This document shows, in pieces, positions 50,801 to 64,000 of a stretch of 64,000 bases of DNA. Positions within the stretch are counted from its first letter, which is position 1. Each line of letters opens with the position of its first letter. The translations under genes and the position numbers were made by a program. Source of the stretch: Podarcis tiliguerta (taxonomy: Eukaryota); assembly GCA_965153285.1 (NCBI GenBank), contig OZ229129.1. One strand, written 5' to 3'. Below the pieces are notes generated by a model. That model saw only the letters and a program-made list of their open reading frames with translations, was not told where the DNA came from and made no database searches.

Positions 50801-52362
50801 GCCATTAAAATTCCACTCTGGAGTTCTTCCTCAGCACACAGGTAAAGACAATGTCTTTTTCTCAAATACAGCCTCTTGCCAGATTTAATTAGCAGCCGTT
50901 CATCTTACTCTGCATTGCTCCCTCACACTTCTGGTCCAGTCCAAAGATAATTTTAAATAAAGTCCATTCAATCTTGGTTGGGGGGGCATAATAAAACCTT
51001 GTTAAATTCCTTGTTGAGCATAAATCAAAATCCTCCCCACTCTTTTTCTCGGTAGCAGACAGAATAACAAAGCCATGGCTACACATGTCTCTTTCATTTT
51101 GCAGGAGAGGACAAGGGTGGGAAAAGAACCTTTGGAAACCATATGAAAGCACAAAGCATCTTGTCCTCCCCCTTATTTCCTGGCTGTTGTAAGGATTTTC
51201 AAGCCTCAGAAAATCATTCAAATACCTTCAAAGAGCCAAACCCAGTCCTTTCGGCAACTGATTGATTGCAGCCTGTTATCATATGTCGTTTCAGGAGCGC
51301 CTCATGATTAACACCAACATTCTAAATTAGTGAGGAACCGATCACAAATCATGCCAGTGAGGGAGGTTCATCCATTGCAGGGACACATTCCCAGGTCGCA
51401 CCTGCTCTGCCTTTCAAATTGACAGACATGGGCTTAAGCAGCACAGTGGGATGCAGTGAACTTCGCAGAACCCACTGGGGAACATTGCCAGGAATTTTAC
51501 CTCATAAATCCTAGCTTTCTCCTGCCTGAACCTAGCGCCATGAATCGTGACGTCAGCAGGGAACCCCTTTTCCAAATAATTTCGGTTTTCATGCAAATAT
51601 AAAAACAAGATATAATGCAGAGGTGCATTAAGTTTCACATGCAGTACACAGTACACAAGAAATATGTTTATGTATGCAATATCAATTCAAGTATCCTCTC
51701 CACAGAGATTCTTGTGTTGTGGGTAGGATAAAAGTATATTCTGTCACATTTATAAAGGAAAAGAATGGAAGCCTGGTCTTGCCAAAAGTGTCTATTCTTG
51801 AAGTGCCTTTAATTACCCTTCTGTGACAAGTAAGGCATTCTGATAGAGCCACACTCCAAATATTATTTACCCAGATTTCTATGGGGATTTCTATAGGTTG
51901 TTTCCAGTATCGGGCTATGGTTAATCAGGCTGCTGTTAATAATAAAAAATACCAAATCTCTGCATTTAAGGTTACTGTTTAAATTTGAGTCAAGTGATCA
52001 CAAGGCAAGAGCCGAATTGGGTGAAAGAAATTGCTGGAAATAATATGAAACACCTTTTTCCAAAAGTATATCACTGTGCAACTCTACCATGCATGAAAAT
52101 ATGAGTCTAACTCCCTGTAGCCTTTCCAGCATAGGGGAGAGATGCTAGTGTTTATGTTGGCTAGACATGATGCAGTCTAGTGCCAGTGAAATATAATTTT
52201 AAGAGAAGTCTCCTGCCAATGAGCAGAGATGGTTCATAGGGATGGGTTGTGCCAAATTGATTGCCATTTATTATCTGCAGTTATGATCCCTTAGTCTTTT
52301 CCCCATACTGTATGGAGGCCTCCTGTATCACCTGCATATTGTTCTTAAAGAGCGCTATAAAT

Positions 52363-52707
52363 AAGGCATGTCCAACTTGTCGATAGCAATCGACTTGGGG
52401 ATCACTGACTGATTTTCGTCGATCGCAGGCTGAGAAAGAAAAGCCTTTCTCTGCAGCCTGGGACGCAGCAGCTCATGCTGCTGCTGCCAGTCCACTCTCA
52501 TGCAAGCCTGAGCTCCTCCTCCTCCTCTTCCTCCAGCCGAGGAAGTTGACTTGCCTTTCTTCCCCGGCACCTGCTCTGCCCTGCACTCTGTGTGTGTGGG
52601 TACTGACTTAGGGGTGGGGGCGATAACATGATTGGACTTGAAACCAAAAGCCCCAGAAGCAGAAAGACTGAGGTGGAGGGAGAGAGTGAGGATGCTGTGT
52701 GTGTGCG

Positions 52708-52739
<32 letters not shown>

Positions 52740-52898
52740 AGAGAAGCTGACTCCTCAGATCTGTGCAAACTAATATAAAAATATAGTTTGACTTTTCTCA
52801 CTTGTTTAGTTACTTAATGACTTCGGAGAGTGGTAGATCACTGCCAGTTTTTGATACTTGTTGGTAGATCGCAGCTTATTTGAGGTTGGATGTGCCTG
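52363..52898. mobile_element. hAT MITE
   Basis: TIRs AAGGCATGTCCAAC and GTTGGATGTGCCTG; perfect 8-bp TSD ctataaat (52355-52362 and 52899-52906). Confidence 0.88.
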
Positions 52899-54592
52899 CT
52901 ATAAATGAAAGATGCAGCTCATTTTATTTCATATCTTGATTTGTTACAGAGAGACTCAAATGACATAAGAGAATGAAGCCCCTCCCCCTTGCATTCCAAG
53001 TATCTTGCAAATGTGCACAATTGAATAGATTGAAACCAGGTTAACTAGGCATCATACAGTTTCTCCGTCAGCTCATGCTTAGAAATTGCTTTGCCTCTAG
53101 GCATAAGCTCTCTTACCTAATTGATGCCTTTCTCCTCAATTTTTAAAAATTGTCCATATTTATCCTCCTGTCGGAATAACAGAAGGTTCAACAATGGAGT
53201 CAATGGTGAGGGTTTGGGAACCAGAACTCAGACTCAATAGCTCCACGTCATAAGCTAAAAGGGTTTTGAATCTTTTCCAACTCAGTCTGGGATAGTTTTA
53301 GGAAAAGAAATGTCCTTACAGACGGTGAAGAGAGAGGGGCCTTGATCTGCACCCATGAAATGTCATATTGTCCCCTAATCAAGGGGATCAGAGATTTAAT
53401 CTGAAATGCTGCAGAATAAGAGTCCTAAATTTGGCATTCTGAGACCTCCCTTAGATCTATGCCTAAATAATCTATATCTTTTCCCAGATGAAACAAATAG
53501 AGTTAGCTTTCGTTGTGATTCTTTAAACCGAGATGAGGGAATACGGATGGGCAAAACCTGAAAAGAATATGAAATATTTGGAAGAATAGATATTTTAATC
53601 ACAGCTATCTTGCCAAGCCAACTGAGATTTAAATGTTTCCATTTCACCACTTCTTGGGAAATATCTTTGAGCAGGTTTTTTTTATAGTTTCTGCGACTAA
53701 GCTGCTTAAGATCTGGTGTTAAATTGATGCCAATATATCTAAACCCACCATGAGCAATGCTAAATTCTGGTTGTGGTATTAGTTACTCATGAATCATTGT
53801 GGGTAGGTTAATTGGAAGAACAGCAGATTTTGCATAATTTATCATACAGTCCTGCAACTGCATGAAATGCATTCAATTGTTTTTTGAGTGGTTGGAGTGC
53901 ATTAAGAGGGTCTCGGAGAATAACCAGAGTGTCATCAGCAAACCTATTTATTTTCTGCTCAATGTTTCTAATTTTCACACCTTCACACCCTGTTGCATCT
54001 ACCCACAATTGAATGGCAAGCACCTCTATCACACTGCAAAAAGCAGTGGCGTCAGCAGGCATCCTTGACGGGTGCCCCTATTGAGGTGTATGGGTTTGGT
54101 GATATACCCATTTAATGTAATGATGGCATTAGACTGTGAGTAAATTTGATTAATGGTATGAAGGAATTGCTTACCAAATTGTAATTTAGCTATTAAAGAT
54201 TTTTAAAATGGCCACTGAATTCTGTCAAAGGCCTTGAAGGCACCCAGAGAAATAAAAGCACCAGGGGAGTTTTGTGTGTGGAGCTCATGATTTACATTAA
54301 GAATTTGTCTCACTGAATCCAAAATATTTTCATGAAACCTGTTTGGTCAGTTGAAATATATTGTCCAACAAAAATATTAATCCTTTTGACCATTACTGCC
54401 ATGAAAAGTTTTGCATCAACATTAATAAGAGCAAGAGGTCGATACGAGTCCACCTTTGTGGCATCTTTCCCTGGTTGCAGAAATAAGGTCAGTTTTAAAG
54501 TTCACCATGTTTTGGGAATTTCCCCTTCTTCTAAAATTGAATTAAATAGACTAGTTAACCAGGGTGAGAGTTCCATTCTGAATACCTTATAG

Positions 54593-54927
54593 CAGTGGTT
54601 CCCCATTAGGGGTCCAGGGACCCCTAGGGAATCCACAGAATCCACCCAGGGGGTCTGTGGCTCCATCCCTTGGCTCCCCCCAATTAAAATTTTGTCATTT
54701 TTGCATAGTAATATCACAAATGTTGTTGTCTGTTTTTTGTTTGGTTTTTTTTGGTATATCTAAAATCCTTTGCTTATTAGATGCTACCTCACATTCTGTT
54801 CAAAAAACTGCTATGCAGAGGTAACTACCACATAGTTATCAAAAATTTCAAAAGTAAGGGGTCCATGGCTTTGCTTTTGAGAAATGGGGAGGGAGGTCCT
54901 CAGTAATTAGCTAATTGGGAGACATTG
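54593..54927. mobile_element. hAT (Charlie-like) MITE inserted in the L1 RT
   Basis: CAGTGGTTCCC...GGGAGACATTG; 8-bp TSD ccttatag/ccttgtag. Confidence 0.85.
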
Positions 54928-55071
54928 CCTTGTAGTATTTTTCTGAGAAGCCATCTGGCCCTGTTGATTTGCCCAGTTTTAATATTTTTATTGCATCCTA
55001 TACATTCTCTTGGGATATTCGATGATTCAGATGATCCCTGTGCTCCTCAGACAATGGTTTAAGGCACACTT

Positions 55072-55313
55072 GAGAGAGTGTGTAGTGGTTAAGAGCAGTG
55101 GACTCGTAATCTGGTGAACCACATTCAATTCCCCGCTCATCCGCATGCAGCTGCTGGGTGACCTTGGGCTAGTCACACTTCTCTGAAGTCTCTCAGCCTC
55201 ACTCACCTCACAGAGTGTTTGTTGTGGGGGAGGAAGAGATAGAATGTTAGCCACTTTGAGACTCCTTAAGGGGAGTGAAAGGTGGGATCTCAAGTCCAAA
55301 CTCTTCTTCTTCT
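55072..55313 (+). mobile_element. tRNA-derived SINE with MIR/CORE-like body (Squam2-like)
   Basis: GTGTAGTGGTTAAGAGC head; gctgggtgaccttgggctagtcac core; (TTC)n tail. Confidence 0.75.
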
Positions 55314-56714
55314 ATAGAGGATTGTGAAGGATTGTCAGAGAAGTATAATATTTTCAGAAGATTTCATCAATTATCAAAGTATCATTACATAATTGTCGTT
55401 GGGCATCATGCATGCCAGTAATCTGATTTTTTAATTTACACCTTTTGACTGCATGAGCTAATAGATGACAAGTTTTGTTACCAAATTTATAATAAACACT
55501 CTGACTCCTGCCATTGCTTTATGTATGCATTCAGACCCAATGGGTTATAATTCAGAGCAAGTTTTTTTCAGGGCCTGACTTAATTTTTTGGATTTTGGGG
55601 TCTGTGACTCCTTTTCCAATATTTTAATCCTAGCAGTAAGAGTACTGATTTCAGATTCATATACCTTTTTTCCTTCTTGAGGCTTCACTAATGCGGTGCC
55701 TCTTTAAGACTGTTTTTCTCATGTCCCACAGTACAGTAGTGGTAAATTATTTTCCTTAAAATAATATTCTAGTGCTTTTAATAAACGTTCTTTAGATACC
55801 TTATCAGTGATTAAGCTTGCATAAAAATACCATTTTGGGGACCTTGGAGGGCTTATATCAAAACTTTAAAAAAAAATGAGACAGGGCCATGTTCCGGCAG
55901 AGTTAAGACACCAATATTAGCTCTAATCACATTTTGCATAACATCTTGAGCTACTAATAGGAGATCAATCCTGGACCATGTTTTGAATCGGTGAGAGAAA
56001 CATGAGAATTCACGTGCTGTAGGATTTCAGTGTCTGCTAGGCCCCAGTGGCCAATCATGCTCTGCAATCAGTTGTCCTGACTGCTTCTTGAAGAACAGAA
56101 AGAGCTGCAATCTATGGAGTCATTAGGGCAGCAGTTAAAGTCCCCTCCAATTATAATTGAGCCTTCTTTGCAAAGTGTTCTTAAGGAAAGCCTGTTGGTC
56201 AGAATTTGGTGCTTATGTGTAGGCCAGAGTAAGATTCATAGTACCAAGTGAGCCTCTAACAAAAATAAATCCGCCATTTGGGTCTGCTATTGAGTCTCTC
56301 ATCCAAAATGGGCAATACTTGGAGAAGGGGATAGCCATGCTCCTACTTTTGGAAGAGGCAAGGGCACACAGTTGCTCACTGAGCCATTGACCCTTTAGTA
56401 ATGGTGATTTGGAGCATTTACTTTGATGGGTTTCCTGCAATATAATTATGTCTGGATGCTCTCTGTGTCAGTTCAAGCTCTTTTTACTGCTGAGCCCAGG
56501 CCTTTAACACTGAATGGGAGGATTTGTAGGCAGGTCTGGATACGTGTAATGTCTGTGCTGGGAGATCAGCAAACTGTTTTGCAACTGTGACAAAGCCTGG
56601 AACAGCCTTCCCGGCTTGCAAACTTGGGCCTTCATTGAGGCTTTTGTTAAACACTGGACTATCTGCTGGACTTCTGTCTTGAAAATCAAACAACCTAAAC
56701 TGAAAACTATGTGA

Positions 56715-56942
56715 CATGGTTCCTTGGTTTGCAACCGCTTTGGATTACAACTGTTTTGGATTACAACTACGTCAAACCTGGAAGTGTGTGTCCCTTTTTT
56801 TGGATTACAACCCATTTTGGGTGGATTACAACCAATTTTGGTGGGAAGGCCTATTGGCGAAAGTGCGCCTTGGGTTACAACCTGTTTTGGTTTACAACCA
56901 GACCTCCAGAACGAATTATGGTAGTAAACCAAGGTACCACTG
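56715..56942. mobile_element. Tc1/mariner-type MITE
   Basis: Degenerate left TIR; right end GGTACCACTG|TA; internal ggattacaac repeats. Confidence 0.75.
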
Positions 56943-57369
56943 TACAAAAACCCAAGGTGAACCAGCAGGAACATGAGAATGGTGGAGATCCCTCCCGTAG
57001 AACCCAGGATTGACTAGGGTGGCAGGAAGGAGTTGTGGCTAATCTCCATGTTCTCTCCTCCTACCCTCGGACAAAGGTTTTTCCAATTTACTGTTGCACT
57101 TGTTAGAGTTCAGATCCTTTTCACACATAAGGAAATAAAATGTAACCATTTCTTACTTTCTCTTTGGAGTTGCCTTATTTCTTTATGCCTTTTTTTGTTG
57201 TCCAGCTCTTTTGAGCTGGGGAGACGCACTGGGGAGAGTCATCTGCTGCTTGGGGCATGTTGGCAGCCTGTTGGTTATCACTCACAACCCATGTTCTGCC
57301 TTTGTGCTGGACTATCAACTTAAAAAGGAAGCCTGAGTGATATGCTATGCCTGCTTCTTTTAGAGCTGG

Positions 57370-59029
57370 TCTGCTATAATCCTGAAGTCTCTGTGTCAAA
57401 GCCTTTTGGGCCACAGATGGATACAGCTTGCACTTGAATTCTTCTTGACCATATTCACTCTTTCTTGATCTGTATCCAGCACAAAGACTCCATTATTTTC
57501 AATACCTTGTGCATAAAAAACTCCATCTTTGGCAATTACACATCTGTTATGATTAAAATTTACATTAAAAGCATGCTTGGTCAGAGTTGACACACTCAGC
57601 AAACTTTCTGTTAATTCTGGCAAGTAAACTACATTTCTCACTTCGTTATGAATAGTTTTTCTGCCTGCAACACACTTGAGCAAACCTGCTTCTTTTCCTT
57701 GCAGATATTTTGTGGCCATTTGCAATTGTAACCTGTCTCTGATGAGTTTTCATTTAAGTCTCTGAAAAAATCAGCATAACCAGACAAGTGCGCTGATGCT
57801 CCTGAATCAACTAACCAACCAGAAGAATTACTGTTAATAGCATCAGTTTTTGCTAGATCTGATGAACTGCAAAGGCATTTTTAGTTTGCTTTCAGCCACC
57901 ACCTTGGAACTTTTCTTTATTTGTGCCAATTTGTTTTGTACAATACCTTGCAAAATGTCCTATTTTCCCACACAGAAAGCATCTAGTTTTGTCTCTTTTG
58001 TTTGTACCTTGAAAAACAGTTTTATTTTTGAAATTATACTTACCAGTCTTTCGTATAACAAATATTTGTGTTTCATCCTCTGCTGCCTTCTCTACTCTCC
58101 TAGCAGCCTCCACTTTAAGTTTTGATACAACATTTTCATATCAAGTTTATATTTAGACTCTAGCCAAGTGCATGTATCAAAGAATTGTAACTTTCAGGCA
58201 GACTTGACAGAATTAAAATCACTTTTTCCTCTTCAAGTTTCTTGCCTATAGTATTTAAATGATCCATCAACTTTGTCACTTGACTTTGATGCTTTTCTAA
58301 ATCTCCATTCCCCCCCCCCCCCCAATTTAAAACTAAACAGCTTTCTTGATAAATACAGTCTCTTATTCAGAGTGTTCCTCTCATACAATTCTTTCAGATC
58401 TTGCCACAACTCCATGGCAGTCTTAAAATCGCTTATGTGGTGTAAGTCACTGTCACTCACATGAGTTGAAATTACTGTCCTTGCCTTCCTGTCCTGCTTT
58501 TCCCACTTTACTTTTTCTGCCTCTTCTGCTGCTGCAGATTTTTTAATTGTTTCCCACAACTTCTTCACTAGCTCATTCTCCATTTGAAATTTCTCCATTT
58601 GAAATTTCTATAAAGGATGGTTACTTGAAGTGAGAACAGGCACAGAAGGCTCTAGGGCTTTCACAGCTTTTATATACATGGTCATGGTTTTTCTCTCTTT
58701 TCAGACTGGGCCCATAACCCTATTGTTGTAGAGGGTGGGGTGAGTAACAAAACCAATCCTCCTGGCAAACTGGGAATATCCCCTCACTCACCCAGTTTAG
58801 GACATTCCATACCTTTCCTCAGCTGAGTTTCTTTTCTTTCAGCAAAGTAAGCATGTCAAACAAATCTTTAATAATAAAGAAAATTGTAACATACCATCCG
58901 AGAGAAATTAAAATGACTTAATGAGGCAAGAATGACAGTTGGTCTCTCTAACTGATCTTAACTGAACACCAGAAGGGAGGGGCTGATTCCAGAGAATAAC
59001 ACAAAGTCCCGCCCACCAGGTGCCAGACA
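57370..59029 (-). mobile_element. Decayed, 3'-deleted Ty1/Copia element (second family): 5' LTR, PBS, gag, PR and start of IN
   Basis: Putative LTR 59029-58724 (TGTCTG...CAACA); PBS GGGTTATGGGCCCAG at 58720-58706; Gag DRKARTVI...AMELWQDL and LSSLPESY; knuckle CFLCGKIGHFARYC (57981-57940); protease WLVDSGASAHL; VVYLPELTESLLSV; HLWPKRL*HRD. Contains stops and frameshifts. Confidence 0.9.
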
Positions 59030-60639
59030 TTTTTATGCTCAAATTAGGCCCCAGTGTTTTTCTTGCAGTCACTCCCCTTCCTGATTTTCTGGTAGGCCTC
59101 TTAGATGAATTTTTTTACCTCCTGTCCCTGTCTGATTGTTCCTCCAACTTCATAGCAAAATCTTCTGTCATTTGTAAGAGCTGGATCTCAGACTGGTTAG
59201 TTAGAGCAAGATTGTGTGCATCATTTTATGTTTTAGAAATATCAGGCACATATCAAATTTCTGCTCAAGTGAAGTTGGGGCTGCTCTCCAGTCCAAGGCC
59301 AGTGCCTACCTTATTTTATTAATGTAATCATCTGACTCTCTGGCCTCTTCCATTACAGCAGCTGCTTTCTTGCCTTTTGGGGCCTTCATGAAGCCTCATA
59401 CAGAGCTCCCTCTATTTCTTTCTGAAGCACTAATCTTGCAGATTTCCTTTTTGGTCCCCGTATTTCTTGAATCATCTCCATGCTGAGGCTGTATAAAACT
59501 TTTTGATTAGATGTCAGTAGGATCCACTCTGATTAGAATTTGTCCCAGGGCAATTGGAGATACAGAAATATGCCTCTTTTTAGCTTTCCTGCTAGCCACC
59601 CCTCCCCCAGCTTTTTCTACACATGGAGGCTTCTCATACAATTTAGATCCCTATCTTCTCAGGTTCTAAACCACGTAGGAAACCTGTACAATTGCAACAG
59701 GTTCCATCACCTTTATCAAGGGTGGGAAACTGGACTGAGCAGGTGGGCTAGCTCTAAAACTTTGCCACCCCCTGTGGGCCATTTTAACAGGTGGACTGTG
59801 CAACAACATTATATGGCATCAAACAATTTAGCCTGTGAAGAATTGGGAGCAAGTTCCTATTTTCTTCCACTCTTTCCTTGCAGGTGTGGCCTGCTTCAAT
59901 TCAAGTTGCATTGAACAAGCTTCCTTTGTAGGCTTAGCTCAGGTTCATTTAGGCATTTCTGATTGTTCTTGTTCAGTTTGGACCCTTATTGTATTGCCTC
60001 TTAGCTTTCTCCTGTCCAGGTTCCTTTTACTCCTGGGGTGGAGCAATAGCTCAGTTGTAGAGCATCTGCTTTGTGTACAGAAGGTTTCAGGTTAAATTTC
60101 CTATCTCCATATAGGGCTGGGAAAAGCTCCCATCTGGACCAAGGTTCTGACTTCGTATAAGGCAACCTCCTGTTTCTATGTTCATCATCCGCTGGATCAT
60201 CAATGCAAATGGGCTGTGCAAATAAAGAGGACAGATCTGAGCACCAACAAGCTCACATTTCACCACTATGAATCTCTCCCATTGAAGTTGTCTCACCTCG
60301 AGTGGCAGCAACTTTCCATTTGCTTCAGTGAATCATGTGCTACCTCATAATGTGGAAAGCAGCAGACATTAACAAGACACATGACAAGCTTGGTGAGTCA
60401 ACCAAAGTGAGCGCATCTGTCAACAAGGGGCAGGTGGCCAGCTCTTTTCCTCAAGGGAAAGATGGCTGAATAAATAACACAGGAAAGGTAAAGCAGATCC
60501 CATCAAGCTCCCTTGCCAAATTCAATCAGGTCAGGTGAGCTCTGAACACACAGATCCAAAAATTAAAAGTCTACTGTGCCAAACATGCTACTTGAATACA
60601 AAATTCCCTCTTGTAAAGGGCAGGAGGGGAAGACATTAT

Positions 60640-60810
60640 AACAAAGTATTTATAAATTACTTGAATAAAAGAATTGAGGGGATGCTCATAAAATTTGCCG
60701 ATGGCACCAAACTGGAAAGGGTAGCTAATGCCACAGAAGACAGAATCAAAATTCAAAATAATTGGATAACTGGGCCAAAGCTAACAAAATGAATTTCAAT
60801 AGGGACAAAT
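60640..60810 (+). mobile_element. CR1 RT fragment
   Basis: VFINYLNKRIEGMLIKFADGTKL...DRIKIQN. Confidence 0.78.
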
Positions 60811-60849
60811 ATCAATTATCTAATTTCTGTGGTTAACAAATGTAGTTCT

Positions 60850-63830
60850 TCATGTCCATTTATTATATAACGAATATTTCTAAGATGAGATGCACAATGA
60901 TACCATTTAAGCTGGGATATCCCTCTGTCAATAGGAGTAAATAATACAATAGTGTGTGGTTGTGATCAATTATCTTAATGAATAAATTATATAATAAGCT
61001 TTTGTTATCTAATAATGGTGCAGTCTGGATAGGAATAGTTTGAAAAAGAAGCAAAATTTTCTGAAGTAACATTTTAACTGTTGAAATATTACCCCTTCAA
61101 GTCATATATAGGTTTTTCCAAATTCTCATGTTAGTTTTGAAGTCTGTGATTATTGGTTTATAATTTATTCCAGCTTTGAGACTTTTGTATGTATATATGT
61201 GTGTGTGTGCGTGTGTGTGTGTGTAAAAAATGAATTTGCATATTACACAGTTTAAGAACTGATAATTTGTGGAGACCATGTATTAATTCTGGAGGCATTT
61301 GAATGTAAAACTATTCTGATTTACCATAATTCACTTTAAATCCAGATACCGAGTTAAATTGGGATTATTCTTGCATGATGGCCAGAATTAAAATTTGAGG
61401 ATATGGTGTTATCATTGTATTGTCATCTGCAAAGAAGTTCAATATATAGCATTTACCACGAGCTGTTATTTCCAAATTGGATGGATTCTGTTGGAGTGCT
61501 AGGGCCATTGATTCCTTGACTACAACAAAAAGCAGAGGGGATGGAGGGTAATCTTGCTTTGTGCCCTGGCAGATGAGGAAAACCCCCAAAGTATCTTCAG
61601 TTTACCTGTATGTTTTCATGGGTAGAATCATGTGGTCTTTTTATCAAATTGACAAAGGGGGAATCATACCCTGAATCTGGTCAATGCAGCAAACGAAAAA
61701 GGCTTGTTAAATCAATCAAAAGCTTTAATGACATCTACTTAGAGTATTTCAGTAGAATTTGGTTGGGCATAGGCCATGAATAATATTTAGTATGTGTCTG
61801 ATGGGAATAATGATATACATATCTATGGTGAATAAAGAATATATGGTCTTATTAATAATGTAATTTGGTTCAATTCATGCTTGTCTGTCTATTTTATCAG
61901 GATTTTTTGCATCCACATTTATCAATAAGATGGGTCAGTAAGAGTTGGTTAGTTACAGGTTTTTTAATGGCTTAGGAAGTACTATAATATTTGTTGGTTT
62001 CCATGTGCTAGGGACTTCCCCTCTAGAAAAAGATACTTGTGAACAACTTAGAAAGAAGAGGTACCAATTGAGTTTGGAACGCTTTATAGAAAGCTCTGTT
62101 CAAGCTGGGAGACTTGGATGGTTTCAGGTTTTTAATAGTTGTTTTATTGTTGTTGTTTTCATTGTTACTATTTCTTCTAGCTTAGATGGTGGAGGATGCT
62201 TTGTGTGAATGGCAGCAGTATGAATTGTTATCTAAGGAAGTGATTAAGTGATATACTTAATCCGTTCAGTGAACAGTCAGTGTGTTTCCAAATTCACTTG
62301 ACTTGAGTCTGTATGCCCCAATAACATCAGGGTGAATTGCCTGTGCCCACAGCTGATGTGCTGCCTGGACCAGCTCTTCAGGCTCATAGAGTTCAACAGC
62401 AGCATTGGACTGGACTGCCTCTAGATGGCCCAGTGACTTGAGGGGATGCGCCAGGGATGCTGCTGGCTAGACCATGACATGCAGGGAACAAGGGAGAAGA
62501 TGCACCAGTCAGTGTCTGAGCATTCAGTCCTGAAAGTGAAGTTGAAACATGCCCGCAAACCAAGTGGAGGTGGAGATGAAGAAAAGGCATCAGGTGGAAA
62601 AGTAGGAGTACAAGCTGCAGTTTCTATATGACTATCTGGTCGCTGATCTGCATATCAGTCTTTTCAATGAGGACCGGCACTCAGTCGTGGCAGCTTCAGA
62701 CAGGCCATGTTTCAACCACGGCACCCTGCTGCCTGGCAAGTGGCTATCTGCAGTGGAAGAATATAGCACCTCAATCAGATCAGGCATCAGCTTTGACTAC
62801 TCAGTGAATTTGGAAGTGATAAAAATCCATCAAAGCAGATACAAATCACTCATATTCCTGATTCAGCCAGTGATAACAACCAAATCTGCATAGACATCTG
62901 TGGCACCTCCTCCTAGCTCCAATGAGATGTCTGTCGCAGTCCTGGAACCATTGCCCGCATTTTGCCACCTATTTTTTTAATTGTTCATCACTGATCCCAT
63001 CAGAGCCATTGCATCTCTACCCTCTGACACCTCACTAAATACTGGGGCACTAGTAATCTATCTCAATATTTTTGAATGGCATCTATGTAAATTGTTTCAG
63101 CAGTATAGTTTTTTCTTTGGGGGGGGGGTTGGAATTGATGTAAAATCTCATTAGGGTCAATTTTTTAAAATCTTTGTTTAATTGTAAGGAAAGTTCTTGT
63201 TTCCATTTTTTCCCCTCAGTAAGTTTGCAAATATCTTATAATTTTTGTTGCCAAATTCATAAACTTTTGGGCCCAATACTGAAGTGAGCCAGCTACTTTA
63301 GGGATAGCTAGCATTTTAAATTCAGCTCATTTACATAGTAATTTTCTGCACACCCTAGGACTTTGGGCTTCCCGTAATCTTATATTTAGTCTAAATCCTT
63401 TTATGTCTGCAAGAAGTGAGGGATGAATTTTTATTTATTTCTTTTTTTAATCTAGGTATTTCACTTATAAAATGTCCTCTCACCATTGCCCTCAGAGTAT
63501 CCCATACTAATGCTGGGAAGTGCTCTCCCATATCTTTAATATCTAAGAAATCTGTACTTTCTCCATGACTAATGTATTTGGTCAGTAAAACACTTAAGGC
63601 TCCAGCAGGGGGTAGGAGAAGGTGTTGAATCTAAGCTGATAATGGTGATGAGGGGAGCATGGACCGACATCAGTCTTAAGCATTCTTGGAGCAGAGGAGT
63701 TTATTAGTCTACTCCTCTAGGATTAGGATATGATCAATTTGGAAATATGATAGGCGGCTCCCTGAAGAAAAAGTGAAATATTTTTCTCCGCTATGTTGGG
63801 TCCTTAGGTGAAAGAGAGTCAAAGTTTAGA
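60850..63830 (-). mobile_element. Old, fragmented L1 ORF2 (EN at about 63000-63830, RT at about 60850-62240)
   Basis: QGTKQDYPPSPLLF, NFFADD, KILLLFQTIPI; EN-like remnants SRLYHFQ and SDHAPL. Heavily degraded. Confidence 0.65.
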
Positions 63831-64000
63831 GTTTGATAATAAATAAAATAAATAAAAATAAACCTTTATTGTCACTACACCACCTGTGTGCAGTGAAATT
63901 AAACGAGCCCCCCCCCCTACACTTAGTCTGGTTCATGCTCTGTGTGCTTGTTGGAAGTCAATTGCACCACTATTTTTTTCCATTCAGCAGCCCAACAGCC

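Larger units (their letters stand above)
53100..59480 (-). mobile_element. Degraded L1 LINE (ORF1 and ORF2 EN/RT), interrupted by Copia, MITEs and a SINE
   Basis: ORF1 pieces LEEQSDRDRR/IHLRGLPE (about 59150-59080) and ALKEAGIAYHSGFLFKLIV (about 57370-57310). Endonuclease ILQETH, IIIGGDFN, SRIDL. RT GPDGF, YRPLALINVDAK, KAFDRIQW, GTRQGC, FADD, LSWLGKIAVIK, GGLRMPNL. Outer boundaries approximate. Confidence 0.85.

Noticed and set aside
56740-56900. Short spaced repeats (ggattacaac) resembling a CRISPR array
   Set aside because: They are irregular internal repeats of a MITE in vertebrate DNA, with no cas genes.

Overview
Eukaryotic, repeat-rich non-coding DNA from a squamate, most likely a lacertid lizard. 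This is inferred from Sauria SINEs, Squam3-like SINEs, BovB, CR1, L2, L1 and hAT/mariner MITEs. I found no intact host gene. The main feature is a complete, young Ty1/Copia LTR retrotransposon (27306-32263). It has 380-bp LTRs with 2 mismatches, a TAACT target-site duplication (TSD), a polypurine tract (PPT) and a single 1308-aa gag-pol ORF. Its primer-binding site (PBS) matches the anticodon arm of initiator tRNA-Met, as in half-tRNA priming by Drosophila copia and yeast Ty5, yet its Gag knuckle, protease, integrase and RT motifs all deviate from consensus. A second, decayed Copia of a different family with the same PBS sits inside ORF1 of an L1 (57370-59029, minus strand). An intronless EIF2S3 retrocopy is fused in frame to a CR1 3' end. 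A 3.6-kb L2+L1 block has the geometry of a twin-primed retro-insertion. There is a 164-N assembly gap at 25570-25733. Family names come from recalled consensus motifs, not from database searches.
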